DNA from: Flavobacteriales bacterium | GTDB lineage: Bacteria > Bacteroidota > Bacteroidia > CAIKAF01 | Direction of reading: 5' to 3' | DNA: 64,000 nucleotides | NCBI GenBank assembly: GCA_018401695.1 | Contig: JAGYKD010000001.1 | Location: forward strand, 1,116,016 to 1,180,015 | In this document: positions 1-11,246 of the stretch, piece after piece | Position numbering within the stretch: position 1 is the stretch's first letter | How the letters are laid out: each line of letters opens with the position of its first letter | Position numbers and translations under genes: made by a program | Notes under the pieces: model-generated | The model's database searches: none | What the model saw: only the letters and a program-made list of their open reading frames with translations | What the model was told of the DNA's origin: nothing

Positions 1-354
1 GGCCGCCGCCGAAAACTCCTCCTTAAAGGCATCAAAGCTTCCCCAAGTCTTTTTAATGGCATCGCCAACTTCGCCAACCGGCTCACCGCCTCCCTTGGGA
101 CTCATTACATTCCAAAATAAATGGTGATTCCAATAACCTCCTGCATTATTACGCAAGCCGGCAGGGTGCTTGGAAACCTGCGCCAAAATGTCTTCAATAC
201 CGGCAGAAACCAAAGCGGTGCCCTCTATGGCAGCATTCAAATTGTTGGTATATCCCGCATGGTGCTTGTCGTGGTGAATTTCCATGGTACGCGCATCCAT
301 GTGCGGTTCCAAGGCGTCAAAAGCATAAGGTAAAGGGGCTAGTTCAAAGGCCAT
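1..354 (-). CDS. sod: Fe/Mn superoxide dismutase (runs off window edge)
   Basis: Manual translation MAFELAPLPYAFDALEPHMDARTMEIHHDKHHAGY...NNAGGYWNHHLFW; absent from ORF track because truncated. Confidence 0.95.
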   Translation of the reverse strand, partial: MAFELAPLPYAFDALEPHMDARTMEIHHDKHHAGYTNNLNAAIEGTALVSAGIEDILAQVSKHPAGLRNNAGGYWNHHLFWNVMSPKGGGEPVGEVGDAIKKTWGSFDAFKEEFSAAA

Positions 355-410
355 ATCTCTATTGTTTTAATGTAATTATGCAACCTCTGTTTACACAAAG
401 GGTTCTCTTA

Positions 411-418
411 CAAAGGTA
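411..418 (-). promoter_or_regulatory. Bacteroidota -7 promoter element (TACCTTTG) for sod
   Basis: Matches TAnnTTTG about 57 bp upstream of the ATG. Confidence 0.6.
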
Positions 419-471
419 ATGATTCTGTTAAGCTATACCTTTTTGAGGGTTTTAATAAGGGTTAATTTGGA

Positions 472-612
472 GGCCAAACGGGCTCTCGGCTATACTCCCC
501 AACAGAAGGGAGTGCTGTTACGGGCTTAGACGGGGCTTGCTGCGCTCCGCCGCGCCTAAGCTCCTTACAGCAAACCCCCTCCTGTTGCGGGGTGCCGCCT
601 CCATCCCTGGCC
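472..612 (-). repeat. Structured palindromic element, family A copy A1 (141 bp)
   Basis: GGCCA..TGGCC termini; paired arms CAACAGGAGGGGG/CTCCCTTCTGTTG; centre GGCGGAGCGCAGCAAGCCC identical to copy at 11090. Confidence 0.85.
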
Positions 613-915
613 CTTACCTCAGTGTACTTTTCAGATTCTTTCAGGCCATAGATTAGGACCAGATTAGCTCTATAGAGCAGTTTGTAAAATCCTCCGAAAC
701 CATTTATGGGTATTTATATGCAAAGGCATCCAAAAACAAAAAAGCCCCTTGGTATGGCTTGTATTTGTTCTTTTTTATCCAAATGGCCAAGGCTGGTCAC
801 ATGCAGGCATTCAACTATAATAGTTTACAATCGATCAATAAAAATGCATCCGCTTGTTTGTTGCGCAACCCCAAAATTCTGGAGACCTTTTCGCTTTGGG
901 CCGGCTCCCTTTAAT

Positions 916-2757
916 TTATTCCACGGTAACCGATTTGGCTAAGTTTCTTGGTTGGTCTACGTTGCAACCTCTCAATACGGCAATGTGATAGCTCAATAAT
1001 TGCAAAGGAATAACCGAAATCAAGGGCGAAATGGGATCCGGAGTTTCCGGTATCTCAATAATGTGGTCAGAAATGGCCGCTACTTCTACGTCTCCCTCTG
1101 TTACTATCGAAATGATTTTACCCCCACGGGCCTTTACTTCTTGCACATTCGATACAATCTTTTCGTAAGAATCGCCCTTGGTGGCAATCACTACCACCGG
1201 CATTTCTTCGTCAATTAATGCAATAGGGCCGTGTTTCATTTCCGCCGCAGGATAGCCTTCCGCATGAATGTAACTGATTTCTTTAAGCTTTAGCGCTCCT
1301 TCCAGGGCTACGGGAAAATTATATCCTCTGCCCAAATACAAAAAGTTGCGGGCGTTTTGATAAATATGGCTGATTACCTGCACATTACTATCCTGCTTCA
1401 ATACCTGCGCAATCAATTCCGGAATGTTCTCCAGTTCGTTTAGTAAAGCCCGGTACTTGCTTTCCTGAATAGCCCCTTTTTTGCGACCTACCATTAAAGC
1501 CATAAGGGTCAAAACCGTTACTTGTGCTGTAAATGCTTTGGTTGATGCCACTCCGATTTCCGGCCCTGCGTGCGTATACGAACCTGCATGGGTAGCACGG
1601 GCAATGGAAGAGCCTACTACATTACAAATACCAATAATGGTGGCACCCTTTTGCCGAGCCAGCTGTATTGCTGCAAGCGTATCCGCCGTTTCTCCCGACT
1701 GCGAAATTGCGATTACAATATCGCCTTCCTGAATAATAGGATTTCGGTACCTAAATTCGGAGGCATACTCCACCTCTACCGGAATTCGCGCCAAGTCCTC
1801 GAAAAGGTACTCGCCAACCAAACCGGCATGCCAACTGGTGCCGCAAGCCACAATGATTACCCGCTTGGCCTGGGCAAAACGTGTCTCATAATCCAAAATG
1901 CCTCCAAGAGAAACACGACCGGTGTGCACGTCCAATCGACCTCTCATGCTGTCGCGCACCGAACGGGGCTGCTCGTAAATCTCTTTGAGCATAAAGTGAT
2001 CAAAACCGCCTTTTTCCAATTGCTCCAACTCAATTTGAAGTTCTTGGATATAGGGCTGAATCTCTTTGTCCGCTATGGTTCGCATACGCAAATCTTTGCC
2101 TAGCTCTACCACCGCAATTTCTTCATCCTCAAGATACACTACTTCCCTCGTGTATTCCACAATGGGAGTGGCATCAGAGGCTAAAAAGTATTCATCTTCT
2201 CCCAATCCTATAACTAAGGGGCTGCCTTTTTTGGCCGCAATAAGTTTTCCAGGCTCATGCTTGGACATGAGCACAATCGCATAGGCTCCCACAATTTCAT
2301 TCAATGCCAAACGAACCGACTCCTCCAAGCTGGTTTTTAATTGCTTTTGGATGTCTTCGATAAGGAAAATCAGAACTTCGGTGTCGGTATCCGAACGAAA
2401 AGCATAGCCCCGCTTTTCTAAGCCTTTTTTTAAGACATTGTAGTTCTCTATAATGCCATTATGAATGAGCACCAACTCTTCTGAGGCACTATAATGCGGG
2501 TGGGCGTTGGTATCGTTGGGAACCCCATGGGTCGCCCAACGCGTGTGTCCAATACCTTGACTTCCCTTTGTAGGCTTCCCTTTTGTAAAAGATTCTAAAT
2601 CAGCAACCTTTCCCTTGCACTTGTACAAATTGATGGTTTGCTCTTGGAGTAGGGCAATACCCGCACTATCATACCCTCGATACTCTAAGCGTTGAAGCCC
2701 TTTAATTAAAATGGGAAATGCTTCGCGCTTTCCTACATATCCAACAATACCACACAT
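916..2757 (-). CDS. glmS: Glutamine--fructose-6-phosphate aminotransferase
   Basis: MCGIVGY N-terminus, GHTRWATHG, C-terminal PRNLAKSVTVE. Confidence 0.99.
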   Translation of the reverse strand: MCGIVGYVGKREAFPILIKGLQRLEYRGYDSAGIALLQEQTINLYKCKGKVADLESFTKGKPTKGSQGIGHTRWATHGVPNDTNAHPHYSASEELVLIHNGIIENYNVLKKGLEKRGYAFRSDTDTEVLIFLIEDIQKQLKTSLEESVRLALNEIVGAYAIVLMSKHEPGKLIAAKKGSPLVIGLGEDEYFLASDATPIVEYTREVVYLEDEEIAVVELGKDLRMRTIADKEIQPYIQELQIELEQLEKGGFDHFMLKEIYEQPRSVRDSMRGRLDVHTGRVSLGGILDYETRFAQAKRVIIVACGTSWHAGLVGEYLFEDLARIPVEVEYASEFRYRNPIIQEGDIVIAISQSGETADTLAAIQLARQKGATIIGICNVVGSSIARATHAGSYTHAGPEIGVASTKAFTAQVTVLTLMALMVGRKKGAIQESKYRALLNELENIPELIAQVLKQDSNVQVISHIYQNARNFLYLGRGYNFPVALEGALKLKEISYIHAEGYPAAEMKHGPIALIDEEMPVVVIATKGDSYEKIVSNVQEVKARGGKIISIVTEGDVEVAAISDHIIEIPETPDPISPLISVIPLQLLSYHIAVLRGCNVDQPRNLAKSVTVE

Positions 2758-2761
2758 AAGT

Positions 2762-4096
2762 TCAGTCTACTAGGGTGTAAATAATGGAAAGTTTCATGGG
2801 TGTTTCAGGGTCGTATGGCCCTCGAACCACCAACCGGCTAAAGCTTTCGTCTTTTCCGGTTATGGAGTGATCAATATAGAAACCGGGGTCCGGGCTAATA
2901 TCGCCCCCCAATAAGTCTTGAACATGTTGGGTAATCCTAAACCGATACCCACCTAAAGAAGACCGATATATTCCGTCGTAGAATAAATCCACTCCTGTAT
3001 TGCCAAGTGCGTTAATGTCCGAAAACAAGCCGTAATCTCCGTTGGATTTTGGGTAGTAGGTAATTAATGTAGCAGGTAGTGGATAGTCTTCCGCGGCATC
3101 CAACTGTATGGGTGCCATTAGCTCAGCCCGATTCACCACAATATTCCCCAATTTTTGCAGCTCCAACAAGTGAGGAATTTCTATAAAAATTCTCAAGCCT
3201 TGTAAAGGCTGAATGTACAAATCCGGTTGGTTTTGATAATTAAAATCTGGCTGATTCAATTTATTTTGAAGATCTGCTCTTGCAGTACTTCTATCGTATT
3301 GCGATTGGTTAATCGTCACGTTTCCATTGCCTGAGCTGGTCGTGCGCACGAGTTGGTTGGCTTGGTTGTCTGTACTATAGTATACGTAAACACCCGAAAC
3401 CGCAGCCTTGGTATTGAATTTAATGAGCGCACCCTCTCCCGGTTGTTGACCCGGGGCCTCGCATGTCAGGTAAAGACCCTTAAGAACTTCCTCTACATTG
3501 CTATTGTTCAGACTGTCTGCGTCTAAAAAGCGCTGGCCAAGAGCATTGTCTAGCCGAATACGGAAAAGGCGGCCATCTGTTCCCTGCAAAGGGAAAATGG
3601 GGGCAAATCCCCGTTCTCCTACAGGAAGGTTGCTTAGTGCAAAATTGGTATTAAAATTGGTAAAGCCTTCAGCCGGAGGGTCGGGAATAGGATCCAAAAG
3701 CTCATATACTTTTACGGTTTGGTAGCCAAATAACTTGGTGCGGTTGCCATACAAGTCTTCGTATTGCAGAACCAAAACCACCGAATCAATTTGCGGGTTG
3801 GGTCCATAGCTGAGGACAGGAGACGCAACCGAAAAGTTGGTGTAAAAGCCGGCATTACATATCCCAAAAACGGGGTCGTAGGACTGTCCTAAGATGCCAA
3901 CACTTGCTTCATCCATACGAATGGTATCGTCCGATACTACGCGTGCTTTTATCGTAAAGGTGTCCACCAAGGTCCCATGTAAAAACTGGTCTTCCGGCAC
4001 TAGGCCGGTGCCGTAATCCTGATCGGCACTGCATGAAATCAATGCCATTACAGACAGGCAAACGATGGCATTTACAGAAAAAAGGCATTGCCGCAT
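2762..4096 (-). CDS. DUF4270-like lipoprotein
   Basis: Lipobox LISC; IDSVVLVLQY motif; usual Bacteroidota position between glmS and GT5 gene; start placed at MRQCLF. Confidence 0.8.
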   Translation of the reverse strand: MRQCLFSVNAIVCLSVMALISCSADQDYGTGLVPEDQFLHGTLVDTFTIKARVVSDDTIRMDEASVGILGQSYDPVFGICNAGFYTNFSVASPVLSYGPNPQIDSVVLVLQYEDLYGNRTKLFGYQTVKVYELLDPIPDPPAEGFTNFNTNFALSNLPVGERGFAPIFPLQGTDGRLFRIRLDNALGQRFLDADSLNNSNVEEVLKGLYLTCEAPGQQPGEGALIKFNTKAAVSGVYVYYSTDNQANQLVRTTSSGNGNVTINQSQYDRSTARADLQNKLNQPDFNYQNQPDLYIQPLQGLRIFIEIPHLLELQKLGNIVVNRAELMAPIQLDAAEDYPLPATLITYYPKSNGDYGLFSDINALGNTGVDLFYDGIYRSSLGGYRFRITQHVQDLLGGDISPDPGFYIDHSITGKDESFSRLVVRGPYDPETPMKLSIIYTLVD

Positions 4097-4254
4097 GGAC
4101 ACAAAAATAATCATCTGTTATACAAGAGGGTAATTCTTTTGCTCGGGTTGCCTCTTTTGCACAAATCAACGCAAAATTTGGCTAGCCTCCGCTACCAAAC
4201 GAAACATCCCCGGACTTCTTGCCCAGGGATGCTTAAAAAAATAAAAAAATGGGC

Positions 4255-5082
4255 TTAATCGGCAAGAACAGAGTCTTCAATCAGCTGCTCGTAAAGATCC
4301 AGCACAGGACCAACAATATCTTCCTCGGGATTAATAACAGCCGTAGGAATACTCATTTGGTCAATATGTTTTTGTATTTCCGTGTCCAATGGTTCCGCTC
4401 CAATGACTATAGCGTCTGCATATTTGAGGGACTCTTTTAGTACCGATACATAGCTGGTATCCTTGGGCTTAAATGTCTCTTCGGTCATATCTTCCATACG
4501 TACCTTTTCCGGAAAACTTTCCCTGAGAGGCTCGCTAAACGCATCGGATGCATATAGGCTCTGCACCACTTTGGTATTTTGGAATACAGGCTCGTTTTGG
4601 TATAGGTTTTTAAGATACACCCCAACCAAGGAGGTCATCCAGCCATGGCAATGTATTAGGTCAGGAGCCCATCCTAGTTTTTTTACGGTTTCAAATACTC
4701 CACGGGCAAAAAAAACAGCTCGTTCGTCGTTGTCTTCAAAGCAACTCCCCTCCTTGTCTTCGAGGGTATACTTTCGTTTAAAATATTCTTCGTTGTCAAT
4801 GAAATACACTTGGGTTCTGGCCGAAGGTATGGAAGCAACCTTTATGATAAGAGGTTGGTCCATATCATTAATTACCAAGTTCATGCCCGACAAACGAATA
4901 ACCTCATGCAATTGGTGCCGCCGCTCATTGATGCAGCCAAACCGAGGCATGAAGTTCCGTATCTCGTAACCTTGCTCCATCACTTGTTGGGGAAGGCTCC
5001 TAGAAATGTTTGCAATAGGGTTATCCGTAGGAAGGTAAGGGTGCATCTCCTGCGAAATGAAAAGCACTTTGCGTTTCTCCAT
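4255..5082 (-). CDS. Glycogen/starch synthase N-terminal (GT5) domain protein
   Basis: FMPRFGCINERRHQLHEVIRLSGMNL, PDLIHCHGWMT; 275-aa single-domain Bacteroidota type. Confidence 0.9.
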   Translation of the reverse strand: MEKRKVLFISQEMHPYLPTDNPIANISRSLPQQVMEQGYEIRNFMPRFGCINERRHQLHEVIRLSGMNLVINDMDQPLIIKVASIPSARTQVYFIDNEEYFKRKYTLEDKEGSCFEDNDERAVFFARGVFETVKKLGWAPDLIHCHGWMTSLVGVYLKNLYQNEPVFQNTKVVQSLYASDAFSEPLRESFPEKVRMEDMTEETFKPKDTSYVSVLKESLKYADAIVIGAEPLDTEIQKHIDQMSIPTAVINPEEDIVGPVLDLYEQLIEDSVLAD

Positions 5083-5212
5083 GGGTGTGGATGAAATTTT
5101 AATAAAAACCGAGTAAATTGAGCCGCATTGCCCAAATGTTCTACAAAATTAACGATTTTTTCCTTGCATTTCAAAACATTCCTTTACTTTGGCCCTATTA
5201 TAGCAGAACTAT

Positions 5213-6115
5213 GTGTCGTTATTTCTGCCGCAATTACCCCCAATCTCTTTGAAAGAAGCACACACCCTCAACGACTTGAAGGCGCTCCTGCATCATGAAA
5301 ACACCTCAGGAAAGCCCATAGGTTTTGTACCTACTATGGGAGCCCTTCATCAAGGGCACCTGGCTTTGGTGCACCAAGCCCTCAACGATGAGGTCTTTGT
5401 AGTGGTCTCTATTTTTGTAAATCCCTTACAGTTCAACAACCCCAACGACCTTCGCCATTACCCAACTTCGCCCCAACAAGACAGAGCATTGCTAAAGGAG
5501 GCCGGAGCTCACTTGCTCTATGCCCCAAATTTTTCGGCGGTTTTTGGCCAGGAGCGGCCCGTCGATTTCGACTTGGACGGCTTAGACACCTATTTGGAAG
5601 GAGCCAGCAGACCCAATCATTTTCAGGGAGTAGCCAATGTGTTGTATCGGTTCTTTGACCAAGTTAATCCGCAGGTAGCCTACTTTGGACTTAAAGACTA
5701 TCAGCAGGTTATGGTGGTAAAACAATTGGTTAAACGGCACTTTCCCAAACTGACCATTAAAGCCATTCCAACCCTTAGGGACTCCCAGGGGCTTGCACTA
5801 AGCAGCAGGAATACACGCCTTTCTCCCCAAGCTTACCAACGCACCCTTTTTGTGCCTAGGTTCCTAAAAGAATTAACCCGCCAATGGAGCGATTGGAATT
5901 GGCAGGAAGCTAAAAAAGAACTTGTACAAGGTATGGCAGCCAACCACCTGAATATGGAATATGTGGCTTTGCTAGACGCGGAAAGCCTCGGAATCCTGCA
6001 TGAATTCGACCCGAACCGCCCCATGGTTCTTAGTATCGCATGGTTTGCCGACGAAGTGCGCTTAATTGATAATGTTCCCATAAACCAGCCATTCACTACC
6101 TTTGAAGCATGCTGA
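5213..6115 (+). CDS. panC: Pantoate--beta-alanine ligase
   Basis: [44 protein letters not shown]. Confidence 0.97.
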   Translation: MSLFLPQLPPISLKEAHTLNDLKALLHHENTSGKPIGFVPTMGALHQGHLALVHQALNDEVFVVVSIFVNPLQFNNPNDLRHYPTSPQQDRALLKEAGAHLLYAPNFSAVFGQERPVDFDLDGLDTYLEGASRPNHFQGVANVLYRFFDQVNPQVAYFGLKDYQQVMVVKQLVKRHFPKLTIKAIPTLRDSQGLALSSRNTRLSPQAYQRTLFVPRFLKELTRQWSDWNWQEAKKELVQGMAANHLNMEYVALLDAESLGILHEFDPNRPMVLSIAWFADEVRLIDNVPINQPFTTFEAC

Positions 6116-6471
6116 TACATGTGGTTAAGTCTAAAATCCACCGGGTAAAAGTAACCGAAGCCAACCTACATTATATAGGAAGCCTTACCGTAGACCAAGA
6201 CCTGTTGGATGCCGCCGGAATGATCGAGAATGAAAAGGTGCAGGTAGTAAATATCAACAACGGTAGTCGCCTCGAAACTTACCTTATTCCCGGGGAACGA
6301 AAAAGCGGGGTAGTTTGCCTCAACGGCGCCGCGGCACGTTGGGTGCAACCCGGCGATTTGGTCCTCATTATTTCTTATGCCATGCTTCCTTTAGAACAAG
6401 CAAAATCGTTCAGACCAACCGTGGTTTTTCCCGATTCCGAAACCAATGCATTAATTACCAACAATGAATAA
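6109..6471 (+). CDS. panD: Aspartate 1-decarboxylase
   Basis: KSKIHR, Y.GS cleavage site, NGAAAR. Confidence 0.98.
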   Translation: MLIHVVKSKIHRVKVTEANLHYIGSLTVDQDLLDAAGMIENEKVQVVNINNGSRLETYLIPGERKSGVVCLNGAAARWVQPGDLVLIISYAMLPLEQAKSFRPTVVFPDSETNALITNNE

Positions 6472-7495
6472 AAAGGTAAAATCTACCCTTAAGTTGTTGT
6501 TGTTTCTCTCTATCGGGGTCGCTATGGTGTTCTTGTTTTATTTCAGAATGGCTCCTAACGATAGAGATGCCTTTTGGGAAGCTATCAAAAAAGCCAATTA
6601 CGGGTGGCTTTTGGCCTCCGTTGGGCTTGGACTGTTAAGCCATTTTATTCGTGCGGCGCGCTGGGGTGACCTTTTGCAAGGAATCGGCTATAAAACCAGA
6701 TTCCCAAACCTATTCTTTGCTGTAATGAATATGTACTTTTTCAATTTAGCTGTCCCTCGTTTGGGAGAGTTTACTCGATGTACCTTATTGTACAAATACG
6801 AGAAAGTGCCCTTTGAAAAAGCATTCGGAACCGTTTTAGCCGAAAGAGCAGTAGATATGATTTGCCTGCTCCTTGTCATGGGAGGAGCCATTCTTTGGAT
6901 GCTGCCCGAATTCAAGGAATTGATGATCTTGCTGGGAAAAGAAGATTCCCAATCTTCCTCCTCCGGAGTTCCTTGGGCGGTATGGGCAACAACGATTGGC
7001 CTGGCACTTGGGCTTCTTTTGTGGGTTTTCCGAAAACGTGTTGCCCCTATTGCAGCACTCTGGCTCAAATTGCGTGGCCTGCTGTCGGGCATTCTTGTAG
7101 GGCTAAGGTCCGTTCTGAAACTCCCCCGCCCCTGGCGCTTTTTATTCCAAACCTTGCTTATCTGGCTATGCTATTTTTTTATGACCCAAGTGTGCTTTTT
7201 TGCTCTGCCCGAAACGGCCGCACTGGGAGTGAAAGCCCCCTTAGCGGTGGTAGCATTTGCCAGCTTGGCCATCCTTTTTATTCCAGGAGGAGTTGGGGCG
7301 TTTCCGCTTATGGTAAGTGGTATGTTGGTAGTACCGGGGCTTGGCGGCTTAGAACCCTCCTTGGGATGGGCGCTAGGTTGGATTATTTGGAGTGCACAAA
7401 CGCTTATGATTCTAAGCATTGGCCTTTTGGCTCTTTTGTTTACTCCACTCTACAATCAAAAATTCCCCATTACCCATGACTCTGCCAATGCCTGA
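6464..7495 (+). CDS. Lysylphosphatidylglycerol synthase TM / flippase-like (UPF0104) membrane protein
   Basis: [31 protein letters not shown]; multiple TM segments. Confidence 0.85.
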   Translation: MNKKVKSTLKLLLFLSIGVAMVFLFYFRMAPNDRDAFWEAIKKANYGWLLASVGLGLLSHFIRAARWGDLLQGIGYKTRFPNLFFAVMNMYFFNLAVPRLGEFTRCTLLYKYEKVPFEKAFGTVLAERAVDMICLLLVMGGAILWMLPEFKELMILLGKEDSQSSSSGVPWAVWATTIGLALGLLLWVFRKRVAPIAALWLKLRGLLSGILVGLRSVLKLPRPWRFLFQTLLIWLCYFFMTQVCFFALPETAALGVKAPLAVVAFASLAILFIPGGVGAFPLMVSGMLVVPGLGGLEPSLGWALGWIIWSAQTLMILSIGLLALLFTPLYNQKFPITHDSANA

Positions 7496-7970
7496 ATCAT
7501 GGGAGCAATTGCTGCGGCAAATCCAAGTCTGGAAAATGGCTTCGGATACCATCGTTTTTACCAACGGCTGTTTCGATGTACTACATCCGGGACATTTGCA
7601 CAGTTTGGCACAAGCCAAAGCTCAAGGAGACCGCCTTGTAGTTGGAATAAACAGCGATGCTTCGGTGGCCCGTGCCAAAGGACCTCAAAGGCCTCTTTGC
7701 AACCAAGAGTGGCGATTGCAAGTGGTGCAAGCACTCCACCTGGTAGATGCCGCCGTTTTGTTTAACCAAGATACCCCCGAAACCCTCATCCGTTTGGTTC
7801 GCCCGGACGTGTTGGTAAAAGGCATGGATTATGTCCCAGACCAAGTGGTGGGAGCTCCCTTTATTCAACAATATGGCGGCCGACTGCATCTGGTGCCTCT
7901 TAAAAAAGGCTACTCTACCTCCTCTTGGCTCAATAACTTACTCAAAAACCTTGCCCAAAAACAGCACTAA
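7476..7970 (+). CDS. rfaE2: RfaE domain II-like adenylyl/cytidylyltransferase
   Basis: VFTNGCFDVLHPGH, GINSDASV, PDVLVKG.DY, GYSTS. Confidence 0.88.
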   Translation: MTLPMPESWEQLLRQIQVWKMASDTIVFTNGCFDVLHPGHLHSLAQAKAQGDRLVVGINSDASVARAKGPQRPLCNQEWRLQVVQALHLVDAAVLFNQDTPETLIRLVRPDVLVKGMDYVPDQVVGAPFIQQYGGRLHLVPLKKGYSTSSWLNNLLKNLAQKQH

Positions 7971-8033
7971 AAAGAACTTGGATTTTTGTATTTGAATTTC
8001 CTATCTTTGTGCACTACCCAAAAAGGACATTTT

Positions 8034-8438
8034 ATGTTGCGTCGTTTTTCTATTCTTTCTTTAGTAGTTGCCTCTTTGGTGCTTACCAGCTGTCTTGGCT
8101 CCGATGAAGACGATATTCTTGGAACCTGGCGTAGGGTAGAAGTAAACCCAGATTACCCATCTGTAGAGTTAACTTTCTTTCCTGATGGAGCGGTTATGTA
8201 TTACGAGCCTTATACCAATACCACCGATAGCGGCCGCTACGAAATGTCTGCTTCCATCGATCACCGCTTTCTGGAACTGTTCTATTTAGATAAAACCCCT
8301 TCTGCCGTATATCCAATGACTGCGAATTATGTAATTCATCGTTTGGATGAGGAGGTCTTGACTATTTCTACCAACCGTTTTGCAGGTGGAGGTAGCGACA
8401 GAGCCAATATTCAATACGAATTTCTTAGGGTCAATTAA
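8034..8438 (+). CDS. Lipocalin-like lipoprotein
   Basis: Lipobox LTSC, ILGTW motif; TATCTTTG promoter at 8002-8009. Confidence 0.65.
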   Translation: MLRRFSILSLVVASLVLTSCLGSDEDDILGTWRRVEVNPDYPSVELTFFPDGAVMYYEPYTNTTDSGRYEMSASIDHRFLELFYLDKTPSAVYPMTANYVIHRLDEEVLTISTNRFAGGGSDRANIQYEFLRVN

Positions 8439-8453
8439 GCCGAAAACTCGGCT

Positions 8454-9812
8454 GTGGCCAAGTCTAAAACCATATTTGTTTGCCAATCCTGTGGGGCGCA
8501 GAGCCCTAAATGGGTTGGCAAATGTGCTTCTTGTGGCACCTGGAACACCTATGCAGAAGAATTGCAGCAACCTAAAGTTCGAGGGGGAAGCCTCGCCCCT
8601 TCTGCTGCGCATTTGCCCAAACCTATACACGAATGGCAAGCTACCCCGGAGTCTCGTATATCCTCAGGATTGCAAGAGTTTGACCGAGTGCTTGGCGGGG
8701 GATTTTTGGCAGGATCTCTCGTGCTCTTGGGGGGAGAACCAGGCATAGGAAAGTCTACCTTGTCCCTCCAAGCCGCCTTGTCCATGGCCGGCCGGAAGGT
8801 TTTGTATGTGAGTGGGGAAGAAAGCGGCCCTCAAATAAGCAGCAGAGCCAACCGCTTAAGTCACCGAAACCCGGATTGTCAGCTGCTTACCGAAACTCAA
8901 GTGGAGTCTATCCTAAGGCATACCGATGCGCTTCGACCCGACTTGCTTATTGTAGACTCCGTTCAAACCCTCCACACCGAACTACTGGATGCTGCCCCCG
9001 GCTCCGTTTCTCAAATAAGGGAAACCACCGCTCAAATTATGCGGTTTGCCAAGCGCAGTGGAGTGCCCGTTTTGCTCATCGGGCACATCACAAAAGATGG
9101 AACCATAGCAGGCCCAAAAGTTTTGGAGCATATGGTAGATGTTGTTCTTCAATTTGAAGGCGACCGACACCATGTGTTTCGTATTGTTCGTGCCCAAAAA
9201 AATCGCTTTGGTTCTACCAGCGAAATGGGCATTTTTGAAATGCAAGGACAAGGATTGAAAGAAGTGAGCAACCCTTCGGCCTTGCTTCTGGGCAATCGAG
9301 ATCAACGCTTGTCCGGAACCGTAACAGCCATTACCTTAGATGGGGCAAGGCCCCTATTGCTCGAAACCCAAGCTTTGGTTAGCTCGGCAGTGTATGGCAC
9401 TCCCCAACGCTCTGCCACAGGCTTTGACTTGCGCCGTTTGCATATGCTTTTGGCAGTGCTCGAAAAACGCTGTGGTTTCCCGCTGGCAAGCAAAGATGTT
9501 TTTCTAAATTTAACCGGAGGAATACGCATCGATGACCCTGCCATGGATTTGGCCGTTGTGGCGGCCATTATGAGTTCAGGAGCCGATGTTCCGGTGTCTT
9601 CCAGGGTGGCTTTTGCCGCAGAAGTAGGGCTCACCGGCGAAATTCGTTCGGTTAGCCGAATAGAACCCCGCTTGAGAGAGGCCGAGAAGCTTGGTTTTGA
9701 GCAAGTGTTTGTAGCCCATGACCAGCTCCAAGGCTTGGATTTAAAAGGGTTTAAAATTCAAATCTCCGGTTTGAAGCGCATTGGCCACTTGGAACAAGCT
9801 TTAATAAAATGA
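8454..9812 (+). CDS. radA: DNA repair protein RadA/Sms
   Basis: CxxC-CxxC zinc finger, GGEPGIGKST, KNRFG. Confidence 0.98.
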   Translation: MAKSKTIFVCQSCGAQSPKWVGKCASCGTWNTYAEELQQPKVRGGSLAPSAAHLPKPIHEWQATPESRISSGLQEFDRVLGGGFLAGSLVLLGGEPGIGKSTLSLQAALSMAGRKVLYVSGEESGPQISSRANRLSHRNPDCQLLTETQVESILRHTDALRPDLLIVDSVQTLHTELLDAAPGSVSQIRETTAQIMRFAKRSGVPVLLIGHITKDGTIAGPKVLEHMVDVVLQFEGDRHHVFRIVRAQKNRFGSTSEMGIFEMQGQGLKEVSNPSALLLGNRDQRLSGTVTAITLDGARPLLLETQALVSSAVYGTPQRSATGFDLRRLHMLLAVLEKRCGFPLASKDVFLNLTGGIRIDDPAMDLAVVAAIMSSGADVPVSSRVAFAAEVGLTGEIRSVSRIEPRLREAEKLGFEQVFVAHDQLQGLDLKGFKIQISGLKRIGHLEQALIK

Positions 9813-10987
9813 GTATGGAATTTTCCGGAACCTTGCGTACTAAGTTGCCCCGCGTAAAAACTACTATTTTTACCCGCATGACCCAAATGGCACAGGCCAA
9901 CGGGGCCCTCAATTTGGCCCAAGGGTTCCCCGGCTTTCATCCCCACCCAGACCTAGCCAAATTTATGGTAGAAGCGCTGGAAAAAGGCAAATACCAATAC
10001 GCTCCAATGACCGGACTACCGGAGTTGCGCCATGCGGTGGCTAAGGTGGTGGAATCGTTGTACTCTGCAAAGTATGATTCCGAAACCGAAATCACCATTA
10101 CCGCAGGAGCCACTCAGGGACTTTTTTCTGCCATTTGCTCTTTGGTGCGTGAAGGCGACGAGGTTATTGTGTTTGAACCGGCCTACGATTCTTATGTTCC
10201 CGCCATTGAGGCTTGCGGAGGAAAAGCTAGGCTGGTGTCTTTAGAAGGACCTGATTATAGCGTTCCTTGGGACCAGGTAAAAAAGCTCATGCGGCCGGAA
10301 ACCCGCGCTATTCTAATTAACTCTCCGCACAATCCCACCGGTACTTTATTGGGGCACCAAGATTTGCTCCAACTGGAAAAGATGCTGACTTCCACCGATG
10401 TGCTGCTCATAAGCGACGAGGTTTACGAACACATGACCTTTGATGGATACGAGCACCAGAGTGTGGCAAGATACCCGAATCTGGCTTCGCGCGCTTTTGT
10501 AGTTGGCTCTTTTGGCAAAACATACCATGCCACCGGTTGGAAAACCGGTTTTGTTTTGGCGCCCGCACCGCTCATGGCAGAATTTAGAAAAATGCACCAA
10601 TATCAGGTGTTTGCTGTTCATTCCGCCAGCCAGTATGCTTTTGCTCGCATGCTTGAAGAACCTAAACACTACAGCGAACTTTCTGCATTCTATCAGCAAT
10701 TGCGCGATATCTTTTTGGACGAATTAAAGGGAAGTGCCTGGAAATTTAGTCCTAGCCAAGGCACCTATTTTCAGGTATTGCATTATGAAGCCGACCCCTC
10801 TTTGACCGATGAGGAAATGGCAAAACAGCTGTCTTCTAAATTTAAAGTAACGCCGGTTCCTATGAGCGGGTTTTATCAATATCCTGGGCCTTGCCAGTCG
10901 CTGCGCTTTTGTTTTGCCAAAACCCCGGAGGAGTTGCGCGAAGCGGCCAGGCGCTTGGTTATGGCCGGGGAGGCATTGCTTAAGTAG
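9809..10987 (+). CDS. PLP-dependent class I/II aminotransferase (YbdL-like)
   Basis: NLAQGFP, NSPHNPTG, SDEVYEH, SFGKTYHATGWK. Confidence 0.9.
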   Translation: MSMEFSGTLRTKLPRVKTTIFTRMTQMAQANGALNLAQGFPGFHPHPDLAKFMVEALEKGKYQYAPMTGLPELRHAVAKVVESLYSAKYDSETEITITAGATQGLFSAICSLVREGDEVIVFEPAYDSYVPAIEACGGKARLVSLEGPDYSVPWDQVKKLMRPETRAILINSPHNPTGTLLGHQDLLQLEKMLTSTDVLLISDEVYEHMTFDGYEHQSVARYPNLASRAFVVGSFGKTYHATGWKTGFVLAPAPLMAEFRKMHQYQVFAVHSASQYAFARMLEEPKHYSELSAFYQQLRDIFLDELKGSAWKFSPSQGTYFQVLHYEADPSLTDEEMAKQLSSKFKVTPVPMSGFYQYPGPCQSLRFCFAKTPEELREAARRLVMAGEALLK

Positions 10988-11089
10988 GCTTTGCCACAGT
11001 TCCTGCGCATTGTCTGTTTGGTGCAGGCGCTCGGGTTTGTACGAAAATGCTTCTAAATTGTTGTAGAACTCCGGTTCGGAGCGGAATCT

Positions 11090-11231
11090 GCGCCCCGGCG
11101 CAGGCGGAAACCCCGCAGCAGGGATGGCCTGTGCCCCTTGGCCGGCGGAGGCGGAGCGCAGCAAGCCCACGTACGGCTTAGGGGCACAAGCCATCCCTGT
11201 GAGGAGTTGCAGCCGGAGACGGAAAAGGCGC
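11090..11231 (+). repeat. Structured palindromic element, family A copy A2 (142 bp)
   Basis: GCGCC..GGCGC termini; arms CAGGGATGGC/GCCATCCCTG and TGTGCCCCT/AGGGGCACA; centre shared with A1. Confidence 0.85.
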
Positions 11232-11246
11232 CCTAAAGATTAAGCT

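Noticed and set aside
2758-2900. glmS ribozyme
   Set aside because: glmS starts 4 bp after the upstream stop codon, leaving no leader
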